DNA of 64,000 nt, taken from the NCBI GenBank assembly GCA_964016885.1, contig OZ024742.1, positions 339,078,001 to 339,142,000 of the forward strand. Direction: 5' to 3'. Shown here one piece after another: positions 26,001-37,579 of this stretch. Below the pieces are notes generated by a model. That model saw nothing but the letters and a program-made list of their open reading frames with translations, was not told the DNA's origin and did no database searches. The first letter of the stretch is position 1. Each line of letters opens with the position of its first letter. The stretch is from Eledone cirrhosa (taxonomy: Eukaryota). The translations under genes and the position numbers were made by a program.

Positions 26001-27540
26001 TAACCTACGCGTCTTATCTAGGTCGACCATACAGATCACAAACTTGTGATCTGAATAGGCGACCGTTTCAAAACGTGGGCAGCTTACACTATTTGTGTCA
26101 ATTTTCCTAATGAATGTCCTGTCTATATACGATCTAGATGACCCCATGCGGTTAGCCCAATCCACACTGGCACATTAGGGAAATCTAGTCGGTACCTGTC
26201 AGACAGTTGGAATTGGCTGATCAGGTTCTTGAGGCATTTGCACCCCCCGCTCCTATCAGATACTCCCACACAGTCCCAGCGTGCGTCTAAGATGCTGTTC
26301 CAGTCCCCCGCTAACAGTAAAGGGCGAGACGTACCCAGAAAGGCCTCCAGGCGTCTAAAGAAGTCCGGCCGTCCTGCCCCAGTAGGAGCATAGACGGCCA
26401 CCAGTCTAAAGGCACCACCTTCGTTATTGTTCACGTCCAGGACCACCAACTTCCCGTCCGGGTCCCGGAAGATCGACCTTACCTCGAGATCCAGGCCTTT
26501 CCTACACAGCTCTGCCACCCCCTCCCATTCCCGGCCGGCTAACAGATGCAAAGATCTGATAGTCGTCGAAAATGGGGGCTACTGCGCGCGTGTCGGAAAT
26601 CCTGGTCTCGCTGACGGCAAATACATCCAATTCTAGAGACCTGAGGTCGTTGAGCAGGTGGCCCTGCTTCCAGGACGATCCCGGGCCTCGAACATTTAAA
26701 CATCCTACTCTTAATACGGCCATGTTGGCAGGTTAAAAGGGAGAGAGGAAAGGTTTACTTACCTTCCGGGCTCTTGTGAAGGTCTGGTTGTTCGACCTCC
26801 ATAGTTGGTGGGGTTTCTTTTGGAAACCCCTTTAAAAGTCTTGAAGTGGGTTTTACGTTCGGGGTTCCCACGTCCCGAGGAAAGCTGTCTCGTATTTCTT
26901 TGTATGAATCGAGCGACATTCGCACCAGAACCAAATCTTCCGGCACGCGAAAAGTGCTGCATTTAAAAATTCCCCCCACTTTTTGTATATTTTCACTTCG
27001 TGCTACGAGGGCCATCAATTCCTTGTTGGCCCTCCTGACGAGCACGAAGTTTTGTATGTTTTGTTGGTGTGATTTTATTTGTTTGCGTGGCTGTGGTGGT
27101 GATGGTTTTGGTGGTGTTGTTTCGGTTGTGTCTGTGTTTGTTGTGAGTGCGGTGTCTGTGGTTTCAGATGTTTGTGTGTATATTTGTTCTTGCGTCTGTT
27201 TAGGTTGTTTGCGTTTGGGGGATTCTGGTGATGGTGATGGTGGTATTGATGTTGGTGTTATTGGAGAGATGTTTACGTGGGTGGTGTCTGCGTTTTTTTT
27301 ATTGTGGGTGATTTTGTGCTTTGTTGAGTATTTTTTTCTTTTTGTGTTTCCTTTTTTGGGATTTTGGGGGATTTTGGTTTTCCCTCATCTTCACTACTGG
27401 TAGATGAGGCGTCTGTGTCTGTAAGTGTGTCTGTATGTATGTTTATGGTTTTATTGGTGTGTGTATTTTTGGGGGGAGGGGGAATTTGACAGCTTTCCTC
27501 GTTTCCCCCCTGGGTGGTCAATATTGGTGGTGGTTTTTCT
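23058..27540 (-). mobile_element. 5'-truncated L1/Tx1-clade LINE (element B), head-to-tail with A
   Basis: Homologous but divergent ORF2; 3' end GGCCCTTGTGGCCAATAAATGAAATC(ATT)n abuts the 5' end of A. Confidence 0.9.
23341..26723 (-). pseudogene. LINE B ORF2 (APE, RT, CCHC), frameshifted
   Basis: VGCLNVRG..AVSET; VYAP; GDWN; KSPGLDGLP; FRPITLLN; DQSKAFDRV; VYADD; CPRC..HALVQC. Confidence 0.92.
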
Positions 27541-27724
27541 ATAGGCCCCACGCCAACACTGTACCACCCAGAATGATAGAACCAGGGTGTGGTGGATTAG
27601 CAGAATACTTCTTGGGAAGTATTTTCAACTGGGGCTGATCTAGCTCTGACAATAGGCCCCACGGCAACACTGTACCACACACAAGTCGCGGGAGGAGATG
27701 TATAAGTGTATGATGCAACAACAC

Positions 27725-28135
27725 ATGTTTGGGTGTGTGTGGGTGTGTGTGGGTGCGTGTGGGTGCGCGTGTGTGTGGTGTGTGTGTGTGTGGGTGCGTG
27801 TGTGTGGGGTGTGTGTGTATGGGGTGTGTGCTTGTATTTTATATCTGCATATATACACACACAGGGAAAAGAAAAAGGACGAGAGAGAGAGAGAGAAAGC
27901 GAGAAAGAAAGAGAGTGGGTGGGAGAAATAGAGGAATAAATAAATAGATAGATTGATTATATATATATATAAATGGAGAGAGAGAGAGAGGGGGGGGGAG
28001 AAGAAAGAGAGAGAGAAAGATGAGAGAGGGAATGAAAAAAGAGAGCGAGAGAGAGAGAGATAGAGAGAGAGGGCGAGAGAGAGAGAGAAAGAGAGAGAGA
28101 CGCCGAAAAAAACAAAACAAAAAAGAAAGGACAGA
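27725..28135. repeat. (GT)n / (GA)n low-complexity tract
   Basis: Direct reading. Confidence 0.9.
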
Positions 28136-28501
28136 AACACGTTTAAAATCATGTAAAATAAAACAAAATTTTCAAAAAATAAATAATTTTCAATGATTTC
28201 TCTGTTGCCTTTTTATATTTTCCGCTCTTCAATAGGAATTGAAGAGGAAATGTGTGAAGAGTGTTGATCTCAAAAGGGAAACAATTATTCTTCTATTCGC
28301 TTTGTTAACTGAAACAAAATACCTAAAATGTAAATTGTTTTTCCAATTTCGTTTCGGGAAAATTTTTCTCTCCAACACATTTGACAATATTTTTGTAAAT
28401 CTTTTCACAAATATAGTTGAGTGTTTCAATTAATGATGTAATAACATAGAAAAATGGTTTGAAAATATTACGTTTAGGAATATTATAAATAACTGATATT
28501 A

Positions 28502-29100
28502 AGGCAGAATCAGTAGAACGTCGGACACCATGCTTTGCAGGGGTCTCAGTTCAAATCCCGCCGAGTTTAACTTTGCCTTTCATCCTTACGAGGTCGATAA
28601 AATAAAATACCAGTAATGCAATGGGGTCGATTTAATCGATTTTCCCGTCCCCCTAAATTGCTGCCTTGTGCCTATTGTAGAAATCATTATAAATAACTGA
28701 TATTATTTTGAAACGCGGTGGATTGGCAGTGTCGGTAGAAGGTCGGACGCCATGCTTTGCAGTATAGAGTTACGGCCCTTTACGGTCTGAGTTCAAATCC
28801 CGCCGAGGTTAACTTTGCCTTTCATCCTTACGGGGTCGATAAACTAAAGTACCAGTAATACACCGAGATAATTGCTGGCCTTGTGCCAAAAGTAGAAATA
28901 ATTAATTAATTCTATCGTGCAGTGGATTGGCAGTATCGGTAGAGGGTCGGACGCGATGCTTTGCAGCAAAGAGTTACGGCCCTTTGTGGTGTGAGTTCAA
29001 ATCCCGCCGAGGTTAACTTTTCCTTTCATCCTTACGGGGTTGATAAAATAAAGTACTGGAATAATTGCTGGCCTTGTGCCAAAAGTAGAAACAATTATTT
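28502..29100 (+). mobile_element. Three tandem SINE family 1 copies (about 28502-28690, 28714-28905, 28921-29100)
   Basis: Each has a TGGCAG..GGTAGA A-box-like, GTTCAAATCCCG B-box, GCCTTTCATCCTTACG.GGTCGATAAA core and GCCTTGTGCC..GTAGAAA tail. Confidence 0.9.
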
Positions 29101-29719
29101 TGAAAACAGACGTGGAAGAGCCATTTTAGCCATTCAAAACACAAAAATCTTCACCTTAACTTTAGCATCTATTTCTTGGTGTCAAACTTTCATCGCACTG
29201 TCAGTAACAACGAAACATTTCCACACCAAGAAATGAAGAGCAATGTCATTTAGCCTTTTTCAGGTCCCGAGTGGCTGATGAGAGGAACGTATCTTCAAAC
29301 GAAAGGCCTGGTCCGTATCTTTGCTACAGAACGGACTAGATATTGGTGTTAAACAGAGCGACGAATTATGTCTTATACCAAAATAGACCAAAGCCATATC
29401 TGAAGTCAAAATCCAAAGTAATGTGATAAATACCACAAGGCATTCTGTCGAACGCTCTACTAATTCTGCCAGTCTACCATGCTTGATTGACAGTTTATTT
29501 ATTACCCTCGCCTCCTCGCCTTTCATGAAGGATGAAAGCCAAGGTGTCGGAATAAATACCGTAAAATTACTTAAATTTAGTTGTATCTCTAGCATGTGTA
29601 TGGTTTGGTATGGTCCTGTAACTCCCAATGGAGTCATAGGGGTGCCGAATTGACAAACTACGTTTCTTGGGCATTGTTTTAAACCTGGCGGAAAGATAGA
29701 AAGTGAGAGAGAGGAAGTG

Positions 29720-29805
29720 AGAAAGAGGTATAGAAGATATACCAGTACTAGATTGGAACTTTTTTATTGACCTCGAAAGGATGACAGGCAAAGTTGACCT
29801 TGCTA
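29720..29805 (-). mobile_element. Diverged SINE family 1 core fragment
   Basis: Reverse complement of GTCAACTTTGCCTGTCATCCTTTCGAGGTCAATAAA. Confidence 0.6.
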
Positions 29806-29912
29806 GCCTGTGTAACTATATCTATATTATGATATTCAGGAACTGAGATATGCCAAGAAAATTGGAGCCAACTCGCATTGAAAGCTTAAAAAAATTACAA
29901 TAAAACGAAAGC

Positions 29913-30072
29913 AAGGCTGTGTGGTTAAGAATTTTGTTCTGCAATCACGTGGTTTCAGGTTCTGACTCATTGCATGGCACCTGGGCAAGTGATTCATAAT
30001 ATAGTTTCCATAGTGCTGACCAATGCAATGCCTTGAGAGTGAAATTTGATAGACAGAAACAGCAAGGAAGCC

Positions 30073-30078
<6 letters not shown>
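29913..30078 (+). mobile_element. tRNA-derived SINE family 2 (CORE-SINE-like)
   Basis: GGCTGTGTGGTTAAG..GGTTC..GGCACCTGGGCAAGTG..GCCTTGAGAGTGAAATTTG.TAGACAGAAAC; reverse copy at 57685. Confidence 0.7.
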
Positions 30079-30167
<89 letters not shown>

Positions 30168-30170
<3 letters not shown>

Positions 30171-30359
30171 CGAAGGAAATGTGGTAAGGAACCAGGTGGA
30201 CCATAACGCACCAAAGTACTCAATATTTAGGATAGTAGAGTGGGTAATAGGAACGAGTAGGACCCCGACGGCTGAGCTCAAACCGTTTCGACGGCTAATT
30301 CTGGACTCAGAATTAGCCGTCGAAACGGCTTGAGCTCAGCCGTCGGGGTCCTACTCGTT

Positions 30360-30364
<5 letters not shown>
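30168..30364. mobile_element. Fold-back element made of HHR 3' halves (copy 2)
   Basis: 57-bp inverted arms 30247-30303 / 30308-30364, (TA)n on both sides. Confidence 0.8.
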
Positions 30365-30429
<65 letters not shown>

Positions 30430-30558
30430 GTAGGAGGTGAGTTTTATTGTAGTACAATAAAGCAATGCAGATATCGGATAAGTAGCACTCTACAGTTTGT
30501 AGCACTGGAGTATAAATAATAATATATAAGATCAAAAGATGGTTAAAAGAGTTCCATG

Positions 30559-30629
30559 TATTTTATTATGCGCATTTCAAAAACAAATATCATCATGCAA
30601 TAACATTTGCGTTTTCGTCAGATAAAATA
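30559..30629 (-). ncRNA. Type I hammerhead ribozyme (left arm)
   Basis: Inverted copy of 30763-30833. Confidence 0.82.
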
Positions 30630-30762
30630 GGGAGACATGATATGAAGGTTAAAACACAGTTGTGAATAGTGCAGTTTTAAATCAACATATGTTGATTTAA
30701 AACTGCACTATTCACAACTGCACTATTCACAACTGTGTTTTAACCTTCATATCATGTCTCCC

Positions 30763-30833
30763 TATTTTATCTGACGAAAACGCAAATGTTATTGCATGGT
30801 GATATTTGTTTTTGAAATGCGCATAATAAAATA
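30763..30833 (+). ncRNA. Type I hammerhead ribozyme (right arm)
   Basis: TATTTTAT-CTGACGA-aaacGCAAATGTTA..TGATATTTGTtttt-GAAA-TGCGCA-TA^ATAAAATA. Confidence 0.85.
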
Positions 30834-30851
30834 CATGGAACATCTTTTGAT

Positions 30852-30911
<60 letters not shown>

Positions 30912-31116
30912 TTATGCAAGAAATGCTTAGGATTATCCTGAATGCAGTAATGGTTAATTACTGCACTGGATAGAGTTGACGTACGGTAAGGGGTTACTCA
31001 ACGAATTATGGAAGAATAGTTGAAGAAACTCAATTCCTGATCCTTCTGTATTCCGGAGTGTAAATAAAGAAAGAATAATAACAGGTAGACATCATAAAAA
31101 GGTAATTTATTCCGTG

Positions 31117-31228
31117 TGCTTACAAATGTTTCTACGGTCGTTATACAGCCTAGTTATGCTATGTGCAAATTTATAACTATTTGCAAAACTCAATTATCAA
31201 ATGCTGTTACCGCTGTTTTCTCAGAGCA
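31117..31228 (-). ncRNA. Degenerate hammerhead with long stem II in a pLTR-like insertion (about 30910-31630)
   Basis: Reverse complement: TGCT-CTGAGAA-..GCGGTaACAGC..GCTGT..ACCGT-a-GAAA-CATTTG-TA^AGCA; C3/A8 mismatch. Confidence 0.5.
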
Positions 31229-31689
31229 GAATGGTTAAAATGTAAAATGTAAATACCCTTAAGTGAGGTTATTGGGGAAGATAGAGTAGAAAAGGAAGAG
31301 AGAAAGAAGGGGAGAGGGAGAGAGAGAGAGAGATGCAGGGGTTGGAGAAATGGGAGAGAGTGGTTTGTAGAATACAGATATCTTAATCAAAATGTTGTGG
31401 TAGGGGTTTTATTATACTGGTTACTCTCAAAGCGACAACCTTAAGCGATGCCTTGATAGTTAAGGTTGGAATTATTTATGTATATGTATGTCCATATATG
31501 TATTTATGTATGTGTGAATCTGTGCATGTGTGAGTGTATGCATGTGTGTGTGTGTATGTATTTGTGTCCATGTCTGTGTTTACATCTACATCTCTTATCA
31601 CCCAGTATTTTTTGTTCATGTACCGTAACATCGCGGTACCACAAATAGAAATCGATACAATATGAATACTAGACTTTAAAATAAAGTAA

Positions 31690-32425
31690 ATATTGATTTC
31701 TAATTTAGGCACAACGTAAACAATTTGTGTTGAGAGATAAGTCAGTTACATCGACTCTAGTACATGACTGGTACTTTATGTTATTGACCATGAAAGAGTG
31801 AAAAAGTAAAGTTGACCTCCGCAGGATTTGATCCTAGAAGGTAAAGGTAAAAGCTATCTAAATGCTAAAAAGCATTTTGTCTGACGCTCTAATAGTCCTG
31901 CCAATCCATAATAATGAATGCTGGGGTTGATATGATCAACTAAAATCTCCCCTGAACGCGGTGTTCCATCCAACATGGCTACAGTTTAATGGCCGAAATT
32001 AATAAAATAATTGTTTCTACTTTTGGCACAAGACCAGCAATTAAATCAGTGTATTACTGGTACTTTATTTTATCGACTCCGTAAGGATGAAAGACAAAGT
32101 TAACTTCGGCGGGATTTGAACTCAGATCATAAAAGGCCGTAACTCTTTCCTGCAAAGCATGGCGTCCGACTCTCTACCGATACTGCCAATCCACCGAAAC
32201 TAATAAAATAATGGTTTCTAATTTAGGAACAAGTCTTAGTGGGGTTGGGGGTTGGTGGTGGGTGTCGATTAAATCGACCCTAGTACGTTACTGGTACTTC
32301 ATTTTATCGACCTCCTTAAGGATGAAAGGCAAAGCTAACCTCAGCGGGATTTGAACTCAGAACGTAATAAAGGGACGTAACAATATGCCACACATCATGT
32401 TGTCCGACGTTTTACTGATTCTAAT
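31690..32425 (-). mobile_element. Cluster of three SINE family 1 copies (about 31690-31910, 32008-32195, 32210-32425)
   Basis: Reverse complements of the same head, core and tail motifs. Confidence 0.85.
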
Positions 32426-32671
32426 AAAATAATAAAAGAATCAAGGAATAAATGAATATATTAACAGTAGCACTAATACAGAGTGATTCATAGTTGAGGC
32501 AATCATGCATTATTTGCAACAATCTATAAAAACTATGAACTATTTTACTTCAGTACCGAGGGAATAAGCCCCCCCCCCCCCCCCCACACACACAGAAAAA
32601 AACTAGCGTCTGGCCTTCTTATACTGCTACGGTAGTAACTGTGACATTTTCACAGCTTAGGATACCTGTAT

Positions 32672-32850
32672 GTTTATTAAAACAGAGAATGTCTGTTTGT
32701 CTGTCTGTCTGTCTGTCCAATCACTAAAACTCGAGAACCACCCAACCGATTGTTTTCAAACTTTACACATGTAATACACATGGTCGTGTGAGTGTTTTGA
32801 GCAAAAATTTTCTGTGCCCTAGGGACTGCATTAGGCGATTTAGCGATCTC
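32672..32850 (+). mobile_element. Possible non-autonomous Helitron-like 5' fragment
   Basis: TTATTAAAACAGAGAATG(TCTG)n...CAACCGATT..TTCAAACTTTACACA layout recalls small Helitron derivatives; no 3' CTAG/hairpin end found. Confidence 0.35.
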
Positions 32851-33064
32851 TTTCTCTCTCTCTTAGTCTTTCTCTTTTTAGATAGATACATGGATATAAC
32901 GTTGCGCCCTTATACTATCTGTCTGTATGCCCGGCTGTCTGCATTACGCCATTATGACGCGGTGTGTGTGTGTGTGTATATATGTATATATAGTGCGTGT
33001 ATATATATATAGTGTGTAACGTCTTTCGAAATATTTACTTCTGCGTTCACAGATTTATTATTTT

Positions 33065-33114
33065 AGTTTCAGAAGATCCCGTTAAGGGTGAAAGCAGCGA
33101 TTCTTTGCTAAACT
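33065..33114 (+). ncRNA. Hammerhead-like motif with CAGAAGA core
   Basis: Same family as 8909-8959, followed by (TA)n. Confidence 0.6.
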
Positions 33115-33125
33115 TATAAATATAA

Positions 33126-33212
<87 letters not shown>

Positions 33213-33216
<4 letters not shown>

Positions 33217-34542
33217 TATATTCGTGTACAGATATTTTTGGATACACATATAAACAAAAGTATTTATTTCGCGATAAAGTATTGATTTACGGTGATTACA
33301 AACTATAATCAGTTCCTCTCTTTTATTCAATAAATCGTCCTTAGATTTAGTAATTTCCAAGACCTCCCCTGAACATAACCTGCATTCTCTCCTGTTCCCA
33401 AGATATGGAGTTCTTTGTAGAATGGTGTTCCACGATAGCTTGAAATCTATTTTTTCTTTTTATAGTTATTTACTGCTTCAGCTAAAGATGTGGTGTTAGC
33501 TAGTTTAGTATTGTTAAAACTACTAGAGTGTGCGTAAAACCTTTTCTTAAATGTGTTTGATGTAGATCCTATATATGTTTTGTTGGAGTCAGTAGGAGAC
33601 ATTTATATATTACATTATTAATCAAACAGGTTCCATTTAAGGGGCAAATGCTTCTATTTTTGCAATTACAACCATACGTAAGATGGTTGTTGGGGGTGCC
33701 TATACTATTCTCATTAATCCTTGAGCTATCCTATTGTAATTAATGTTATCAGGAGAATGAAGGTTGCTTTGTGGGTGGTTTGGTTCTAGGGTTGTATTGT
33801 GAGTTTGTGTTCTGTTGTTTTTGTGTTGGTGATTTGGGTGGTTGTGTTTTTCAGGTTGAAGGATTGTATTATTTGTCCTTTTAAAAGGTGCAGTCCTATT
33901 TAAATTATGTTGTGGTGGTGTGGTCATATTATTTTAAAATTGATAAATGTTGTAGTTGCTTATTTTTTGCTGGAGATTGTTTGATGTAGAGTATGAGAAT
34001 TTAACAGTATACCTGTTAAATATTTGGTGGTATCTGTGGTTTGGTGGAAAATATTTATGTAGAATTTCGAAGAATTTTTTGGGGATTTGTCCAAGAGTTT
34101 GCAGGTTGAGGGGTGCGTTGTACCATGTTATGTTTCTTTTGCGGTTTTTAGTTAAGTTCTTATTTCCACTTATATTATTGTGCTGTGTTCTAGAAGAATT
34201 CCTATGGTTAGTATTCGTATTTGTGGAATTTGGTAAACTACCGCTACAAAGAACTCCATATCTTGGGAACAGGAGAGAATGCAGGTTATGTTCAGGGGAG
34301 GTCTTGGAAATTACTAAATCTAAGGACGATTTATTGAATAAAAGAGAGGAACTGATTATAATTCTAAATAGCGTAATATTTGTTAGTACCCCTTTCCCCT
34401 AATTATACGCATTCATGCTTATTTTTTACCTTTTAATGTTTTAGCTTCCTTAGATTTATGCGTGAATGACTAAGGGCAACAAGGTACACAACCACCCGTA
34501 ATTGCATGAGTAAATATCTATCTATGTATGTATGATATGGGA

Positions 34543-34576
<34 letters not shown>

Positions 34577-35537
34577 ATGTGTGTATATGCGAGTATATGT
34601 GTATGAGTGTTATATGTGTGTGTGTACATGTATGTGTGTGTACATACATATATATATGTGTGTATAGGTGTGTATATGTAAATATATATATATATATATA
34701 TGTGTATATGATTGTGTGCACATGTGTAGATGTATGTATATGTTTGTATCTATTTATGCGTATGTATATTTTTAGTTGAGTATCTATACCACTATCTATA
34801 ATGTGGGTATATGCACTTTGTGATCTATGAAATTCATGCGTTTTGACTATGTCAACATGTATTTATCTGAGTTTGATTATTTATACATGGACATACTTGA
34901 AAGTATTTTAAGGCGTATCATACGCTGTATTATACTAAGTACAATTTACCACACCGTATTATTTTGTGTTACATTATATTATATTATTGTATTACTGTAT
35001 TTCATTATCTTCTTTTAATATGCTATCTTTCCTAGCCATGACCTTAATTTATATTCACCTAAAAACTCCATACAACACAACTCAACATTTAAGTTTTACA
35101 TTCCTTTTAAACTTCACTATACCATATACATTCAACTATCAATTTGACAATCCCTTTCTTCCTAATAGATTTTTCATGACAATTCTATTATTAACACCAT
35201 TCAACCATTCCTTTCAAAGGGTCATGACCTCAACTAAAGTGAATTATTTTTCATCTTAACTTCATATGGAAAAAAACAATCTGATTGGTTAGTTCTTCAA
35301 CTACCTCCAAATAAGGTCATAGAACGAAACATAATACTAATTTACTACTAATTTTGAATAAAATTATTATTGCTTTTGACAACAGCTGGTGATATGCTTG
35401 TAAGTAAATATTCTCTTTATCTGATATTTTGTAACTAACCTTACGTAGATCGATAACGAAGTATAGTTACGATGTATTATTATCACCTAGGCACGATCGT
35501 AAAGCAGTGAAGTATATTTCTAATGACTTGATTTTTT
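33213..35537. mobile_element. Decayed Penelope-like element in two divergent halves
   Basis: Minus strand 33213-34240: WYNAP linker, GCNCKNRSICPLNGTC, YIGSTSNTFKKRF, CRLC; plus strand from about 34245 repeats 33304-33420 inverted and runs into the 3' region. Confidence 0.82.
35369..35508 (+). ncRNA. Degenerate hammerhead (TTGACAA core, long stem II, GAAA mutated)
   Basis: ATTGCTT-TTGACAA-..GGTGATA...TATCACC..ggcA-CGATCG-TA^AAGCAGT. Confidence 0.5.
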
Positions 35538-35549
35538 ATTTCATTGTTT

Positions 35550-35624
<75 letters not shown>

Positions 35625-35656
35625 AGAAAAACCACAGACCCTCCATCTCAACTCTA

Positions 35657-35692
35657 CTTTTGAAAAACAGAAGAACTGCGAAATCGGTAAAG
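35657..35692 (+). ncRNA. Minimal hammerhead, TTGAAAA (U3-A8) core, in a pLTR-like fragment (35620-35830)
   Basis: CTT-TTGAAAA-aCAGaagaaCTGc-GAAA-TCGG-TA^AAG. Confidence 0.6.
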
Positions 35693-35937
35693 GAACCAAA
35701 TAAATATATATATTTAAAAAAAAATAAGACTCCAGTTGCATTTTCGATTTCATCTTTTTTTCTTTATACTTTCACTCGTGTAGGACACCTCGGTTATTTT
35801 TCATTTTGTAAAAAAACCCTCACTTTCTAATATATATATATATATATAATGAAAAATTTGAACAGGGACAGAACAGAGAGGCAGTACAATAAATGTTTAT
35901 TAAATTCACGCTCAGGAGAGTGGGGGGTAGGTGGGGG

Positions 35938-35969
35938 ACGACGTTTCGGGCATAAGCCCTTCCTCAGGT
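35938..35969 (-). ncRNA. Minimal hammerhead with short stem I
   Basis: Reverse complement: AC-CTGAGGA-aGGGCttatGCCC-GAAA-CG-TC^GT; AATAAA downstream, then (TA)n. Confidence 0.65.
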
Positions 35970-36614
35970 GAGAAGTGTGTGGGAACAGAGTTCAAAAGGT
36001 GTGTAGGGGAGTGGTGGAGAGACATATAGCGAAAGGAAACGGTGCGAATGAAAAATTAACAAATAAAGACAAAAAATATAAAAAATAAAAATAAAGCATG
36101 ATCAAAATACAAGGAATGAGAAAATTTAAAAATAAAGGCATGATCAAAATAAACTGAAATTAAAAGGGGGGTAAACAGGTGGTGGAAGGGTGTGGGGTGA
36201 GTAGGGGTGGTGGCGGGTGGAGTGGGGAGAGGGAGACGGGGTGTCCGAGGGGGGAGGGCTGAAGGTGGTGTGTGTGTGTAGGTGTGCGTGTGTGTGTGTG
36301 TGTGTGTATGTGAAAGTGAGGGTTGGGGGAAGAACGGGGTTGCATGTTCAGGAAGAGGTGTGTGTGGGGGGTGTTTTTGTGGGTCGGAGTGTCTGTGCGT
36401 GTGTGGATAGGGGGGGGAGAGGAATCAGGAGGCTTAAACAATGCGTTATATGGTTTGTTGATTATCATTCAATAAAGTTAATTTTATAACAGATTTGAAG
36501 CACTCAACAGTTTTATCTGGAGTATTATTAATATTAACAATATTACTGCCGTTGGCGAGTTTATACTATTAAGACAATGCTAAGGTACGTCAATATCTTA
36601 ATACCAAATATTAT

Positions 36615-36675
36615 ATTTTATCTGATGAAGGCACACTAAAACTTTATGTCCTCGAAGAAATACGTATAATAAAAT
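36615..36675 (+). ncRNA. Type I hammerhead ribozyme, slightly degenerate
   Basis: ATTTTAT-CTGATGA-AGGcACA..TGTCCT-cgaa-GAAA-TACGTA-TA^ATAAAAT. Confidence 0.7.
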
Positions 36676-36739
36676 AAATATGGTATTATAAAGATATTTT
36701 CCATTTATTAATATTGTTATTATATATATAAATACATAC

Positions 36740-36835
<96 letters not shown>

Positions 36836-36931
36836 TTGAGGTTGGTAATGGCACATGGAATATATAAGAGACAGAATACTTTTTTGTGAAAAAACATAAT
36901 TTTATAAGGTAAGGAAATAATAAAGGGCATA

Positions 36932-36981
36932 AAAAATGACCGGTTTCGATGGGTCTGCAAAAGCCATCTTTTCAAATGTTG
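36932..36981 (-). ncRNA. Hammerhead, TTGAAAA core (left arm)
   Basis: Inverted copy of 39195-39244. Confidence 0.7.
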
Positions 36982-37449
36982 ATTAATATTAAGAAAAATT
37001 AATAATACGAAGAGTTAAAATTTGAGACTTGAAAATTCAAGTATAAAATTCATTGTGGGATTTCATAGCAGTTTTCATCTAGGTAGCAACAACAGGTTGA
37101 CTGCTGTGTCCCTTTCTGGTAGTGAATGAGAAGTTATTTGGGGTGTGGGTTATTTTATAAAGGTCAGATTTAGCAATCACCAACTGGCCAGCTGCTGGTC
37201 AGTGAGGGGTGGAAGCAATATACATACACATATCTTCCTGTGGTGGGTAGGAGAGTGGAGCGTGATAGAAAGGGATTTAGTGCACTTACACCTATATATA
37301 CACACATACCTTCATCCACACATACATACATATACATATACATATACATATATATATATATATATATATACATATACACACATACATACACACACACATA
37401 CATATACATACACACATACACACACACACATATATACACATACACACAC

Positions 37450-37484
<35 letters not shown>

Positions 37485-37523
37485 TATATATACATACACA
37501 TACATCCAGATACACACATACAT

Positions 37524-37579
<56 letters not shown>

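Larger units (their letters stand above)
30427..30859. mobile_element. Zero-spacer palindromic HHR element, centre 30688/30689
   Basis: Arms about 30523-30688 / 30689-30859, one HHR in each, (TA)n flanks. Confidence 0.85.

Noticed and set aside
27541-27678. 27-bp direct repeat 111 bp apart at the 5' end of LINE B, as a possible TSD
   Set aside because: Both copies lie on the same side of the LINE, so they are not a target-site duplication; origin unclear
28210-28268. Possible terminal host exon (pyrimidine tract-AG, then IEEEMCEEC-stop)
   Set aside because: Too short, no recognisable homology and no linked upstream exons; needs RNA-seq
28714-28810. tRNA genes
   Set aside because: A/B-box-like motifs belong to SINE heads; no complete cloverleaf
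29262-29350. Candidate exon or hammerhead (CTGATGA..GAAAGGCCTG)
   Set aside because: G at the cleavage position and no stem I; the reading frames are short and unrecognisable
12968-34240. Selenocysteine (in-frame TGA) in PLE zinc-binding motifs, as reported for some Naiad elements
   Set aside because: The conserved Cys positions read in the 13-kb and 33-kb copies are TGT/TGC; no SECIS recognised
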